Origin: a virus
Taxonomy: Duplodnaviria; Heunggongvirae; Uroviricota; Caudoviricetes
DNA length: 64,000 nucleotides
Direction: 5' to 3' (one strand)
Virus record (IMG/VR): IMGVR_UViG_3300032038_000051
Span: 12,740-76,739 of that record
This document shows positions 1 through 9,387 of the stretch, in pieces. Both the position numbers and the translations under genes were made by a program. The notes under the pieces are model-generated. The model saw only the letters and a program-made list of their open reading frames with translations, had not been told where the DNA came from and searched no databases. Within the stretch, counting starts at the first letter, position 1. Each line of letters starts with the position of its first letter.

Positions 1-96
1 TGGTTCAGCTCATACGACAGCTACCGCGACTTCTGCCTGAAGTCGCACGAGAGGAGGGCCGTGGACTGTGGCACGGAAGATAGCAAGCCTTGCTAG
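1..96 (+). CDS. C-terminal fragment of an upstream gene (partial, hypothetical)
   Basis: Open frame from the window edge to TAG at 94-96, co-directional with the downstream operon. Confidence 0.3.
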   Translation, partial: WFSSYDSYRDFCLKSHERRAVDCGTEDSKPC

Positions 97-138
97 CGTG
101 GCTGCGGTGGCGTTGGCGATAGTCACGTCGCCGCTCTG

Positions 139-420
139 GTGCGGGCTGCTGATGCTCGCGATGGCGGCGGGGGTGGGCTGATGGGCGAGGTACCGGACGA
201 CGCCGTGTTCGTGTTCGTCGAGTACGAGCAGGACGTCTGCAAGAGGCACCCGACCACCGGCGAGCCGATACGTCCCCCGCTGTGCCTGACCGCGCTCTGC
301 ACGCCCGAGTCGGTCGGCTGGGTGAGGTCGAGCCTCATCAAGCTCAACGAATCCCGCGGATGGCACGGGAGGATGGCCGAGATGCCGGTCATGGAGGGCA
401 AGGGAGGTGACGGGAAATAG
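139..420 (+). CDS. hypothetical small protein
   Basis: Six-frame ORF with GTG start (alternative ATG at 181), balanced composition, ends just before the rusA start. Confidence 0.35.
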   Translation: MRAADARDGGGGGLMGEVPDDAVFVFVEYEQDVCKRHPTTGEPIRPPLCLTALCTPESVGWVRSSLIKLNESRGWHGRMAEMPVMEGKGGDGK

Positions 421-434
421 TCATCCAATTCAGT

Positions 435-908
435 GTGCCCTTCGTAAGGCAGAAGGAGCGCCCGAGGTTCTCGGTGGGCAAGAGGGGGCGCGCGCACGCA
501 TACACGCCCAAGGGCACCGCCGACGCCGAGAGGGCGGTCCGCGAGGCGTACATGGGCGAGTGCGTACGCATGTTCGGCCACGTGGTCACCGCGCCCGAGA
601 GGGCCAAGGTCATGCTCGCCGCGACGTTCCGAACGGCCGCCCCGAAGTCCCGGCCGAGGTGGGTCCCGAGGTGGCTCTGGGACAGTGGCCTCGTGCCGTT
701 CGTGACCAAGCCTGACGTGGACAACCTGCTCAAGTTGGTGCAGGACGCGCTCAACCCATACAAGGACAGGGACGGCGACGTCGTCCTGGTCGCGTGGCAC
801 GACGACTCGCAGGTCGTCGAGACACATGCATACAAGCTCGACCGCGAGAGGGGCGGTCGGGATATAACGACCGTAACCGTTTTCTGGGAGGAAGAAGATG
901 AAGGCTAA
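435..908 (+). CDS. rusA: RusA-family Holliday junction resolvase
   Basis: About 157 aa; KPDVDNLLKLVQDALN core typical of RusA endodeoxyribonuclease; sits beside the exonuclease/RecT module. Confidence 0.75.
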   Translation: MPFVRQKERPRFSVGKRGRAHAYTPKGTADAERAVREAYMGECVRMFGHVVTAPERAKVMLAATFRTAAPKSRPRWVPRWLWDSGLVPFVTKPDVDNLLKLVQDALNPYKDRDGDVVLVAWHDDSQVVETHAYKLDRERGGRDITTVTVFWEEEDEG

Positions 909-1227
909 AGAGGCAATGAGACTGCTCATGGACGCCGGCAAAGAGGCTTTTGCCTCGGCGGTACAAGACGACGAGAGCACCTTCGAGAAGATGTATCTCA
1001 TCGGCTTTGGCAACGCGCTCTCCATGACGCTGGACGTGATGATGTGCGGATTCGCCGACGGCAAGTCGGCGGACGACATGGCGAAGATCCTGCGCGACGC
1101 CGCAAAGGGCGCGACGCTCGCGGTCATGCTCAGCGACCCGTCCGTGCTGGCGAAGATACTCGATGTCGCCGCACGCGAGGCCGGCGAGAAGTCGGAAGAG
1201 AAAGAGGGGGACGCGAGTGAAGGCTAA
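898..1227 (+). CDS. hypothetical protein (MKAKEA... family)
   Basis: ORF overlapping the rusA stop; N-terminus MKAKEAMRLL resembles the next gene. Confidence 0.55.
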   Translation: MKAKEAMRLLMDAGKEAFASAVQDDESTFEKMYLIGFGNALSMTLDVMMCGFADGKSADDMAKILRDAAKGATLAVMLSDPSVLAKILDVAAREAGEKSEEKEGDASEG

Positions 1228-1528
1228 GGAGGCCATCCGCACGCTCGCCGAGGCGAGCGAGAAGATGCAGAGGATGCTCGACCCGCACGATAGCGGTGCC
1301 GTCATGTACGTCGCCGGCGTCAGCTTCGCCGCGGAATGGCTGCGCGAGGCGACCTCCGACGACGCGGAGGAGGTTAGCCCAGACGAGCTCGCCGAGGGCG
1401 TGATGGGGACGGTGCAGGCGTGCGCGCCGCTCGTCGGCATCATCGACGCCCTCGCGGCGCTCGACGGCAAGAAGCTCGGCAAGGACGACTTGGCTAAGCT
1501 CGCCAGCACGCTCAAGGACATGGCATGA
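1217..1528 (+). CDS. hypothetical protein, tandem paralog of 898..1227
   Basis: GTG start giving VKAKEAIRTL..., similar N-terminus and acidic C-terminus to the upstream gene. Confidence 0.5.
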   Translation: MKAKEAIRTLAEASEKMQRMLDPHDSGAVMYVAGVSFAAEWLREATSDDAEEVSPDELAEGVMGTVQACAPLVGIIDALAALDGKKLGKDDLAKLASTLKDMA

Positions 1529-2451
1529 GCCTGAAGAACGAGGGCGTGAACTTCACGACCGTGAGGTTCAAGGGCACCGAGCAGGAGGTCAACGACCAGT
1601 GGCTCCGGTTCCGTGGCGAGGGCATAGGCGGCTCCGAGGTCGCCGGCATCCTCGGCATGTCGGCATGGGCCACGCCGATAACGATATGGCTCGAGAAGAC
1701 CGGGCGCGCCGAGCACCAGGACATCTCCGGCAACGAGCGCGTCGAGTGGGGCGTGCGGCTCGAGCCGACCATCAGGGCGAAGTTCCGCGAGAGCCACCCG
1801 ACTTTCAAGGTTATCGAGCCGAGGGCCACGCTGGTGTCGATCGCCCGCCCGTGGGCGCATGCGTCGCTCGACGGCATGGTGTACGACCCCGACATGGGCT
1901 GGGGCGTGCTCGAGGTCAAGACCGCTGGCAGCCGCGACGGATGGTTCGACGGCGACGAGGAGACGGTCCCGACCTACTACCTGACGCAGGCGGTCCACTA
2001 CATGAGCGTCACCGGGTTCAGGTACGTGCGCTTCGCGGTGCTGATATCCGGCTCCACGTACATCGAGCGCACGGTCCTCTGGGACGACGAGGACGTGGCG
2101 CTGGTGGTCGACGCGGTCGACTCCTTCTGGAACGACAACGTGCTGAGGGACGTGATGCCGGACATGGTGACCGCGAGCCCCGGCGACTCCAAGGCGATGC
2201 ACAGGCTGTACGTCCACTCGGACGAGGACATGGACGAGGAGCACGAGGCCGAGGCCGAGGAGCTCATGTCGGAGTACCTGGCCGCATCCGAGGCCGAGAA
2301 GGCGGCGAAGGAGCGCAAGGCGGTCGCGTCGACGTCGCTGAAGCGGCTCATCGGGGGGCACAGGGGCATCGTCGGCTGCGACCACGTCGCGACGTGGTCC
2401 AGGAGCGAGAAGCGCGACGGAGGCGTGAGGGTGAAGCGCAAGGTCGCGTAG
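1525..2451 (+). CDS. YqaJ-like phage exonuclease (lambda-Exo / PD-(D/E)XK family)
   Basis: GIGGSEVAGILG motif characteristic of the YqaJ viral recombinase domain; directly upstream of RecT. Confidence 0.8.
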   Translation: MSLKNEGVNFTTVRFKGTEQEVNDQWLRFRGEGIGGSEVAGILGMSAWATPITIWLEKTGRAEHQDISGNERVEWGVRLEPTIRAKFRESHPTFKVIEPRATLVSIARPWAHASLDGMVYDPDMGWGVLEVKTAGSRDGWFDGDEETVPTYYLTQAVHYMSVTGFRYVRFAVLISGSTYIERTVLWDDEDVALVVDAVDSFWNDNVLRDVMPDMVTASPGDSKAMHRLYVHSDEDMDEEHEAEAEELMSEYLAASEAEKAAKERKAVASTSLKRLIGGHRGIVGCDHVATWSRSEKRDGGVRVKRKVA

Positions 2452-2590
2452 ACCAATTGGCATGGTTTGGCAGGCATGGCACGGTCCGGCGGGGCATGGC
2501 GTGGCTTGTCCAGGCACGTCGAGGCAAGTCGCGGACGCAGGTTCATCTGGCGCGGGACACTTCCGCGCCTTTCGTTTAGGAGGAAGCAAC

Positions 2591-3778
2591 ATGGGACAGC
2601 TTGCAAGAAAGACCAGGGAAACTCAGGTCCAGCGGCAGCAGGCGAGGCCGCAGGACGGCATAGCGGCGATGCTCAGGGACAGGTGGCCGCAGATACAGGC
2701 GGTGATGCCGCGCCACATGAGCAGCGAGCGGCTCTTCCAGCTCGCGGTGTCCTCGATCAACCACACGCCGCAGCTCCTCGAGGCCACGCCCGAGACGATA
2801 CTCGCTTGCGTGATGAAGTGCTCCGCGCTCGGCCTCGAGCCGTCGGCGGTCGACGGTCTCGGGAGGGCCTACATCCTCCCATACCGCAACCGCAAGGCGG
2901 GCATAGTCGAGGCGCAATTCATTTTAGGTTATAAAGGCATGCTCGAGCTGTGCAGGAACTCCGGCGAGCTGAGGAGCATCGAGGCGAGGGTCGTGCACGA
3001 GGGGGACGTGTTCGAGTTCGAGTACGGCCTCAACGAGACGCTGCGGCACGTCCCGTGCGCCAACGGCGGGAAAATGACGCACGTCTACTGCGTGGCGAAG
3101 TTCAAGGACGGCGGGCATTACATCGACGTTATGACGAAGGACGAGGTGGACGCGATACGCAAGCGCTCCAAGGCGTCGCAGAGCGGCCCGTGGGAGACCG
3201 ATTACGAGGCGATGGCGCGAAAGACCGTCATCCGCCGCGCGTTCCCGTACCTGCCGGTGTCCGTCGAGGCGCAGGAGGCTGCCGCGTCCGACGAGACGAC
3301 CCCCGACTACGGCGGCGTGCTCAACCCGGTCATCGAGGTCGCCGACGCCGTCGTGACAGACGCCGCGCCCGAGCAGCCCGCCGGTCCGACCGACGAGGAG
3401 AAGGCCGAGCTCCGCAAGCTCACCATCGGATGCGTCGCGGTGGGCGTCGCGGAGCAGGACGCCAAGAGGCAGCTCTTCGCCCTATGGCGCGAGGGTGGCA
3501 TGGACGCCGCGCGCTCCTACGTGCAGGGCCTCGCAGACGATGCTGCCGTCGATTCGCTCGTCGAGAGGTGCGTGGCGTCAGGCTACGACCGCGACGACAC
3601 CAAGACGTGGCTCCTCGGCATCCGCTCCGCGCAGGGCATGGACGCCGCGAGGTCCGAGGCCGAGCGCATCATCGCCGAGGCAGCGGCCAACGCCGAGGCC
3701 AGCGGCGTCGACGCGGAGACGGGTGAGGTCGTGGACGCGGTCGTCGGCGACCTCGCGAGCGAAGACATCGCTTTTTAG
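2591..3778 (+). CDS. recT: RecT-family single-strand annealing recombinase
   Basis: GYKGMLELCRNSGE and VMTKDEVDAIRKRS signatures of RecT; GGAGG RBS before ATG 2591; paired with the exonuclease. Confidence 0.85.
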   Translation: MGQLARKTRETQVQRQQARPQDGIAAMLRDRWPQIQAVMPRHMSSERLFQLAVSSINHTPQLLEATPETILACVMKCSALGLEPSAVDGLGRAYILPYRNRKAGIVEAQFILGYKGMLELCRNSGELRSIEARVVHEGDVFEFEYGLNETLRHVPCANGGKMTHVYCVAKFKDGGHYIDVMTKDEVDAIRKRSKASQSGPWETDYEAMARKTVIRRAFPYLPVSVEAQEAAASDETTPDYGGVLNPVIEVADAVVTDAAPEQPAGPTDEEKAELRKLTIGCVAVGVAEQDAKRQLFALWREGGMDAARSYVQGLADDAAVDSLVERCVASGYDRDDTKTWLLGIRSAQGMDAARSEAERIIAEAAANAEASGVDAETGEVVDAVVGDLASEDIAF

Positions 3779-3787
3779 GAGGGTGAC

Positions 3788-3967
3788 ATGAGGTACAAGG
3801 ACGCTGTCGACCTCGTCGGCGCGACGGTCGGTGTCGAGCTCGACGGCACGCTGCTCAACGGGACCATCACGGACGTCAAGCAGCTCCAGTCCGGCGCGGC
3901 GATGGCCCGCGTGTCGTGCGACGGCACGACCGTCTGGGTCGACATGGACGTGGTCGCCCATGGATAG
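3788..3967 (+). CDS. hypothetical small protein (59 aa)
   Basis: ATG after AGGAGGG RBS; stop overlaps the next start. Confidence 0.4.
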   Translation: MRYKDAVDLVGATVGVELDGTLLNGTITDVKQLQSGAAMARVSCDGTTVWVDMDVVAHG

Positions 3968-4361
3968 GCTGAGTGAGGACAGGGCGAGGATAATCGCCAA
4001 CGCGATCGAGAGCGACGGCTTCGCCGTCGGCTCCGTCCCATGGCTCGAGGAGCACCACGTCGAGGCGGACGAGTTCGCCTCATTCCTCGAGTACCCTGTG
4101 CGTCTCGCGCAGATGTACGACTGGAAGGAGCGAAACCTCGGCGTGGGCGGCGTGGGCGTCCAGCTGACGTTCGTCAAGCACACAGGCAAGGTCGGTTCCG
4201 GCGAGGAGACGTGGACGGTGCACGCGCCCGTCTCCGACACCACGAAGATCCTCATGGTCGCCGAGCACGGAGTGGTCGACGCGCAGCTCTTCCCGACGCA
4301 GCTCCCGCTCGACATCGACGGTTGCGTGACGGTCGACGTCGCGACGGGCGAGGTGGTCTAG
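3960..4361 (+). CDS. hypothetical protein
   Basis: ORF translationally coupled to its neighbours. Confidence 0.55.
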   Translation: MDRLSEDRARIIANAIESDGFAVGSVPWLEEHHVEADEFASFLEYPVRLAQMYDWKERNLGVGGVGVQLTFVKHTGKVGSGEETWTVHAPVSDTTKILMVAEHGVVDAQLFPTQLPLDIDGCVTVDVATGEVV

Positions 4362-4664
4362 GTGAGTGCGAAGACGCTGATAGCCGCCGCCGGCAGGGCC
4401 AGTGGCAAGACGACGCGCCTGATACAGCTCGCCAGGTCTTTCGACGCCACGATACTCACGACTGACGCGGGTCGTGCCGCCTACGTGCGCGAATCGGCCC
4501 GAGGTCTCGGGGCGAACGTCAGGGTCATGCCGTTCGCCGAGTACGTCTCGTCGGATGGGATCGACAAGACGGGCCACGTCGTAATCGACGACGCCGACGA
4601 CGTCCTCGAGGCGCTGATCGGCCACGGGGTGTCGGCCATCACCCTCAACGGGGCCATGCTCTGA
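4362..4664 (+). CDS. small P-loop (Walker A) protein
   Basis: GRASGKTT Walker A and VVIDDADD Walker B-like segments in a 100 aa product. Confidence 0.45.
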   Translation: MSAKTLIAAAGRASGKTTRLIQLARSFDATILTTDAGRAAYVRESARGLGANVRVMPFAEYVSSDGIDKTGHVVIDDADDVLEALIGHGVSAITLNGAML

Positions 4665-5005
4665 TGGACGGGCTGCTCATCTACCAGCAGCTGCTCGAAG
4701 CCGAGGAGGCGCAGGAGTTCTACACGGAACTCCTGCACTGGACCGACTCGGCGCTCCCGATGGCGGAGAACGTATACCAGAGGGGCAAGCACGACATCGA
4801 GCTGGAGCTGCGCGGGAAGCACGGGGCGACCACCGCGCGCGACATCGTGAGGGGCGACGAGAGGGTCGCCCACGCCAGGATGCTGCGCGACAGGCTCTCG
4901 TGCATGCGGCAGACGGCTAACAAGGAGCTCGCGCGGCTCACGTCGCTGCACCTCAGGCTGAGGGACGACATGAACCGCGAGTACAGCAGACCAAGCAACA
5001 GATAG
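4664..5005 (+). CDS. hypothetical protein
   Basis: ORF with TGATG overlap to the previous gene. Confidence 0.5.
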   Translation: MDGLLIYQQLLEAEEAQEFYTELLHWTDSALPMAENVYQRGKHDIELELRGKHGATTARDIVRGDERVAHARMLRDRLSCMRQTANKELARLTSLHLRLRDDMNREYSRPSNR

Positions 5006-5022
5006 ATAAGGAGAACACAGGC

Positions 5023-5448
5023 ATGAACATGGTGGGCCTGACGGGCAACCTGACGCGCGATCCCGTGATGAGTACGACCCCCGGAGGCACAGAGGTCCTC
5101 TCGTTCGGCGTCGCGTTCAACGATCGAAAGAAGAACTCGCAGACGGGCGAGTGGGAGGACGTGCCGAACTTCATCGACTGCGTGCTGTTCGGCAGCCGGG
5201 CGAACTTCCTCTCCACGGCACTCCACAAGGGCAGCAAGGTCGCCATCTCCGGCAAGCTGAAGTACAGCAGCTGGGAGCGCGACGGCGTGAAGCGCAGCAA
5301 GATCGAGATCGTCGCCGATGACGTGACGTTCATGTCGGCGCGTCAGGACGGGCAGCAGGCACCGCAGCAGCACCAGCCGACGCAGCCGACGCCCGCCCCC
5401 CGACCGGCCGCGACGACCGACGTCTATGACGAGGACATTCCGTTCTAA
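5023..5448 (+). CDS. ssb: single-stranded DNA-binding protein
   Basis: OB-fold N-terminus (MNMVGLTGNLTRDP...), Gln/Pro-rich linker and acidic C-terminal tail DEDIPF. Confidence 0.9.
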   Translation: MNMVGLTGNLTRDPVMSTTPGGTEVLSFGVAFNDRKKNSQTGEWEDVPNFIDCVLFGSRANFLSTALHKGSKVAISGKLKYSSWERDGVKRSKIEIVADDVTFMSARQDGQQAPQQHQPTQPTPAPRPAATTDVYDEDIPF

Positions 5449-5461
5449 GGAAGATGAAGAC

Positions 5462-5698
5462 ATGACATACGAACAGGCGAAGGAGCACGTCATCATCCTG
5501 CGCTACGACGAGACAGCAGACGACGACGGCAAGGTCATCGTGCGGGACCTCGGCCCCATGCGCAACGGCCACAAGTTCCGGATCGAGTCCAACCCGATCG
5601 GCATGACCGTCGGCATGGTCGCGCTGGTGTGCGACGGCGGCGGGCTTCCGTTCGGCTACGACGCCCAAGGAAACACCTTCACAGTCTGGACGGACTAG
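5462..5698 (+). CDS. hypothetical protein
   Basis: ATG after AAGGAAGA RBS. Confidence 0.45.
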   Translation: MTYEQAKEHVIILRYDETADDDGKVIVRDLGPMRNGHKFRIESNPIGMTVGMVALVCDGGGLPFGYDAQGNTFTVWTD

Positions 5699-5701
5699 CA
5701 C

Positions 5702-6391
5702 ATGCCGCGCCTTCACGTTTCCGGGGGCGGGTTCACGATCGTCCCCAACGAGATTGCGCGCAGCAAGGACATGACGAGCGCGGCCAAGGGTCGGCTCGTG
5801 GAGCTGATGTCCATGTCGGACGGATGGAGGTTCAACAAGGCGTACTTCTACAAGTCATCGAAGGACGGGAAGGACGCGACGAACCGCCAGCTCCGCGAGC
5901 TCGAGGAGCTGGGATACCTGCACATAGCGCCCGCGAAGGGGCTTGACGGAAGGTTCACGCCGGGGGACTGGTACCTGTACCTCTCTCCCGACGAGAACCC
6001 GTTCTTTCACGCGGAGCCAATCGAGGAGAAGGGGCAAGAGCAGATGACGCTTGACCTGCTGGGAACCAAGGAGACGGCCAAGGCCGACCATACGGAAGAG
6101 ATCGTGACGCGCGTCCTGGAGCACCTCAACGAGAGGGCCGGCAAGTCGCTCAGCACCAAGGCGGAGGGCAACCGCAAGCACGCCAGGGCGAGGCTGAGGG
6201 AGGGCTACACGGAGGCCGACCTCACCAAGGTCGTGGACGTCAAGTGCAGGGAGTGGGGCAGGACCGACATGGCGAGGTACATCCGCCCGCAGACCCTGTT
6301 CAGCGCCGAGCACTTCGACGTCTACCTGCACCAAGACGACGGTAGAAAGAGGGACGACGATGGCGGATGGTCGGACGCGAACGGCTGGTGA
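5702..6391 (+). CDS. phage replisome organizer (DnaD-like; conserved phage C-terminal domain)
   Basis: C-terminal ARARLREGYTEADLTKVVDVKCREW...YIRPQTLFSAEHFDVYLHQ matches the conserved phage replication-protein C-terminal domain; N-terminal wHTH. Confidence 0.75.
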   Translation: MPRLHVSGGGFTIVPNEIARSKDMTSAAKGRLVELMSMSDGWRFNKAYFYKSSKDGKDATNRQLRELEELGYLHIAPAKGLDGRFTPGDWYLYLSPDENPFFHAEPIEEKGQEQMTLDLLGTKETAKADHTEEIVTRVLEHLNERAGKSLSTKAEGNRKHARARLREGYTEADLTKVVDVKCREWGRTDMARYIRPQTLFSAEHFDVYLHQDDGRKRDDDGGWSDANGW

Positions 6392-7151
6392 GACATGCCA
6401 GTTCTGCGGGAGGTTGCTCCCCATGGTCAGGCACCAGCTCCCCGGCTTCAGGCCGATCCTCGTCCACGGGCAGTGCGACTGCCCGCAGGCGGTGGCCGAG
6501 GCCGAGGCCGAGAGACGCAAGGCCGAGCAGGAGGCGCGCGCCGAGAAGTTCCGCGCCGCGTGGAGGGCGTCCGGCATCCCCGCCGCGTTCTCCCACGTGG
6601 AGGCGGACTTCTCGATGGTGCCGGTCCTCGACGCCAACAGGGCGGTCTACCTCACGGGCAAGACGGGCCGCGGAAAGTCGTGGCGGGCCGCCCAGTACGT
6701 CAAGGGGTACCTCATCAGGCACACGGTGACGAAGAGGGTCGGGCCGGGGTCGATGACGTTCTGCGACAGGCAGGCCCGGTTCCTCGCCGCTGACGCCGTG
6801 CAGTCGCTCATCCGGTCCACGTATGGTAGGTGGAGCCAGTCCGAGGAGGACCTCTTCCGCCAGTGGACCGAGGTCGACCTGCTGCTGTTCGACGACGTCG
6901 GCAAGGGTGTGTCCGACGAGAGGAACGCCGAGACGACGTTCCGTATCCTGCGGACGCGCATGGACAACGAGAAGGCGACGGTCATCACGTCGCAGTACAC
7001 CACGGCGGACCTCGCCGACGCCCTGCGGGGACGCGACGAGACCCTCGACGCCATCAGGTCGAGGCTGCGCGGGTGGTGCGAGGGGGTCGTGCTCGACGGC
7101 CCCGACAGAAGGCTTGAACGGAGCGGCCCCGCGCAGGGACCGCAGTCATAA
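6360..7151 (+). CDS. DnaC/IstB-like AAA+ helicase-loader ATPase
   Basis: Walker A (LTGKTGRGKS), Walker B (LLLFDDVG), N-terminal Cys cluster; follows the replisome organizer. Confidence 0.7.
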   Translation: MADGRTRTAGETCQFCGRLLPMVRHQLPGFRPILVHGQCDCPQAVAEAEAERRKAEQEARAEKFRAAWRASGIPAAFSHVEADFSMVPVLDANRAVYLTGKTGRGKSWRAAQYVKGYLIRHTVTKRVGPGSMTFCDRQARFLAADAVQSLIRSTYGRWSQSEEDLFRQWTEVDLLLFDDVGKGVSDERNAETTFRILRTRMDNEKATVITSQYTTADLADALRGRDETLDAIRSRLRGWCEGVVLDGPDRRLERSGPAQGPQS

Positions 7152-7160
7152 GGGGGATGT

Positions 7161-7772
7161 GTGGAGTACTTGAGCATGTTACTGGATGGAGACTATTACG
7201 CGAGCATCGGCGTCGAAGACGGCACGACCGAGCGCGTGGTCGCCGAGACGAAGCGCGAAGGAGCGCACCTGGCCGTGCGGGGCATGGCGACGATCGCGGC
7301 CGCGCTCCTGGCCGTGCCTTACGGCCCGCGCCCGACGAAGGTGATCCTCAACGACCCGGCGACGGTCGTCCTGTGGGCAGACGGCACGAAGACCGTGTCC
7401 AAGGCGCGCGGCGGTGACGACGGCGACACGTTCCTCCCGACCGTGGGCGTCGCGGCGTGCGCGTTCAAGAAGGTGATGGGCAGGCACGCGAGGCTCGACG
7501 ACTTCGAGGTCCTCGTCAGGGACGTCGCGCGGCGCTACGTGACCTGCGGCCCGCACGAGCTGCGATCGGACGCAATGGCTATCCGGTTGGCGTACGCGAC
7601 GCGCAACGACATGACCGTCAGGGAGCTCGCCCCGACCAAGCTGAAGGTGCTTGACACCTGCGGGTGGGACGACGACACGTGGCTGTCCGTCGCCGACTTC
7701 CTCCTGACGCTCTGCGAAGCGCGCGAGCTGCCGCGCGGCGACGAGGTCTTCTGGCGGGAGGGCATGAGATGA
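7161..7772 (+). CDS. hypothetical protein
   Basis: ORF in the operon. Confidence 0.5.
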   Translation: MEYLSMLLDGDYYASIGVEDGTTERVVAETKREGAHLAVRGMATIAAALLAVPYGPRPTKVILNDPATVVLWADGTKTVSKARGGDDGDTFLPTVGVAACAFKKVMGRHARLDDFEVLVRDVARRYVTCGPHELRSDAMAIRLAYATRNDMTVRELAPTKLKVLDTCGWDDDTWLSVADFLLTLCEARELPRGDEVFWREGMR

Positions 7773-8131
7773 GCTTCAGCGTGAGTGGGATGAACTGCTA
7801 CCTGTCCGGCGCGATGACCGGGGTCGAACATTTCAACGCCCCAGAGTTCGCGAGGGGCCGCGCGATACTGCACGAGGCGGGAGCGAGGGAGATATTCGAC
7901 CCCACGCAGAAGTGGTTCCACACCAACAAGGAGAAGGAATACACGCACGAGCAGTGGATGGCGATCGACCTGCGCGAGCTGCTCAGGCGCGGGAGCACCG
8001 AGGGTTCCATGTTCTACGCGGTCCTGGTGCAGCTCCCCGGATGGGAGGAGTCGGAGGGCGCGCGCGTAGAGGCCGTCGTCGCGGAGGCGTGCGGTATGAC
8101 CGTCATATCGATCGACGAGGTGACGACGTGA
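7769..8131 (+). CDS. DUF4406-like protein (nucleoside 2-deoxyribosyltransferase-like fold)
   Basis: N-terminal MNCYLSGAMTG resembles the DUF4406 start (MKIYIAGPMTG-type). Confidence 0.5.
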   Translation: MSFSVSGMNCYLSGAMTGVEHFNAPEFARGRAILHEAGAREIFDPTQKWFHTNKEKEYTHEQWMAIDLRELLRRGSTEGSMFYAVLVQLPGWEESEGARVEAVVAEACGMTVISIDEVTT

Positions 8132-8433
8132 GCGTGGCGCTCGAGCGAATCGACATGTTCGCGGAGTCCGAGCCGCGCATCTGCGTGTGGTGCCGGAACT
8201 GCGGCATCGTCGTGTGCGACGGCCTGTGGGGCTACGTGTGCCTCGCGGCGTCCAACTCGCGCACCCTCAACAAGAGGGCGAAGGGCGTCATACAGCCCTT
8301 CCCCGTGAACACGGACAACACGAGGAGCGGCATCCAGTGCGTGAACCCCGACGAGGTGCACGACTGCTTCGTCCCGACGAGGCTTACGGACAAGAGGATA
8401 AGGCTCATGGACGCATTGGGGCTGATGCCATGA
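8128..8433 (+). CDS. hypothetical Cys-rich protein
   Basis: GTG start overlapping the previous stop; CVWCRNCGIVVCDG Cys cluster. Confidence 0.4.
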   Translation: MSVALERIDMFAESEPRICVWCRNCGIVVCDGLWGYVCLAASNSRTLNKRAKGVIQPFPVNTDNTRSGIQCVNPDEVHDCFVPTRLTDKRIRLMDALGLMP

Positions 8434-8627
8434 CATTCGGAGACAACTTCAAAAGGCTCCTCGCCGACCGTGGCGAGAGCCAGACGTCGTTCGCGAAGAG
8501 GATAGGCGTGCACCAATCCCAGATGTCGAACTGGGTGCGCGGGGCCAACTCGCCCACCCTGCAGACGCTGCGGAAGGTCAAGGCCGCGCTCGGCTGCACA
8601 TGGGACGAGCTGCTGGGGGCCGACTGA
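8430..8627 (+). CDS. XRE-family HTH transcriptional regulator (controller-protein-like, 65 aa)
   Basis: FAKRIGVHQSQMSNWVRGANSPTLQTLRKVKAALGCTWDELL is a typical Cro/C1-type HTH. Confidence 0.7.
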   Translation: MTFGDNFKRLLADRGESQTSFAKRIGVHQSQMSNWVRGANSPTLQTLRKVKAALGCTWDELLGAD

Positions 8628-9076
8628 TGCCGACGGCGTCGCAGCTCCAGGGCCTGTCGTACGACTGGGCGCACCTCTTCGGCATGCCGAACATAGGCGC
8701 CGAGTATGACGACTACGAGGCGGGCACGTACCGCCTGCTAGACGGCGAGCCGTGCGCCATGTGCCACGGCCTCGCCACCAACGTCCACCACCTCGTGCCG
8801 CGCTCGGTCAGGAAGACGTTCTTCATAGGCGGCACGATGCTCAGATCCCCGCTCTTCGCCCTGTGCGGGAGCGGAACCACCGGGTGCCACGACGGGTTCC
8901 ACGGAGGCGCCAGGTACAAGGCGCGCTGGGTATGGGACGACCCGGCCACGGAGGGCAGGTGGTGGTCCGGCGAGCTGCTCGGGCTGTACGGGCCGCACTC
9001 GGACGGGCTGTTCGGGCTCGGCGAGTACGTCGTGACCGACAGGCTCGCCGACACGGAGATACACATGAGGGCATGA
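8627..9076 (+). CDS. HNH-motif nuclease
   Basis: CAMCHG...NVHHLVPRS...CGSGTTGCHDGFHGG His/Cys arrangement of the HNH fold; TGATG coupling to the XRE gene. Confidence 0.6.
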   Translation: MPTASQLQGLSYDWAHLFGMPNIGAEYDDYEAGTYRLLDGEPCAMCHGLATNVHHLVPRSVRKTFFIGGTMLRSPLFALCGSGTTGCHDGFHGGARYKARWVWDDPATEGRWWSGELLGLYGPHSDGLFGLGEYVVTDRLADTEIHMRA

Positions 9077-9387
9077 CGGGCCTGATGGCCCGAGGAAGGA
9101 GGGCGCGCATGGCGACGGCGCGTCTCATAGAGGAGGAGGTGCCTCCCATCGGGTACGGCGAACCGCTGTATAAGCGGTACGTGCCTGTGGTGAGGCAGTT
9201 CTACGACTCCGGGATGAAGTCGGCACGGGTCGAGATCGAGGACGGGAGCGACGATCCGAAGGCGCTCGCCGGCAGGCTCCATAACGCGATATCGAGCCTC
9301 GGCCTCACGGGCGAGGTGAAGGTATCGAAGCGCGGGGACGCGACGTACCTGAGAAGGGTGAAGGGTGTGAACTCAGGTGCGCTATGA
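9073..9387 (+). CDS. hypothetical protein
   Basis: ORF between the HNH and methyltransferase genes, overlapping both. Confidence 0.4.
   Translation: MTGLMARGRRARMATARLIEEEVPPIGYGEPLYKRYVPVVRQFYDSGMKSARVEIEDGSDDPKALAGRLHNAISSLGLTGEVKVSKRGDATYLRRVKGVNSGAL

Noticed and set aside
123-2592. Long minus-strand ORFs (123..1127, 751..2592 and similar ones such as 11747..13528, 34720..35886) overlapping well-supported plus-strand genes
   Set aside because: Arg/Gly/Pro-rich low-complexity translations typical of antisense or off-frame shadows in a GC-rich genome. The opposite-strand genes (RusA, exonuclease, RecT, DnaN, RNA ligase) carry clear domain motifs.
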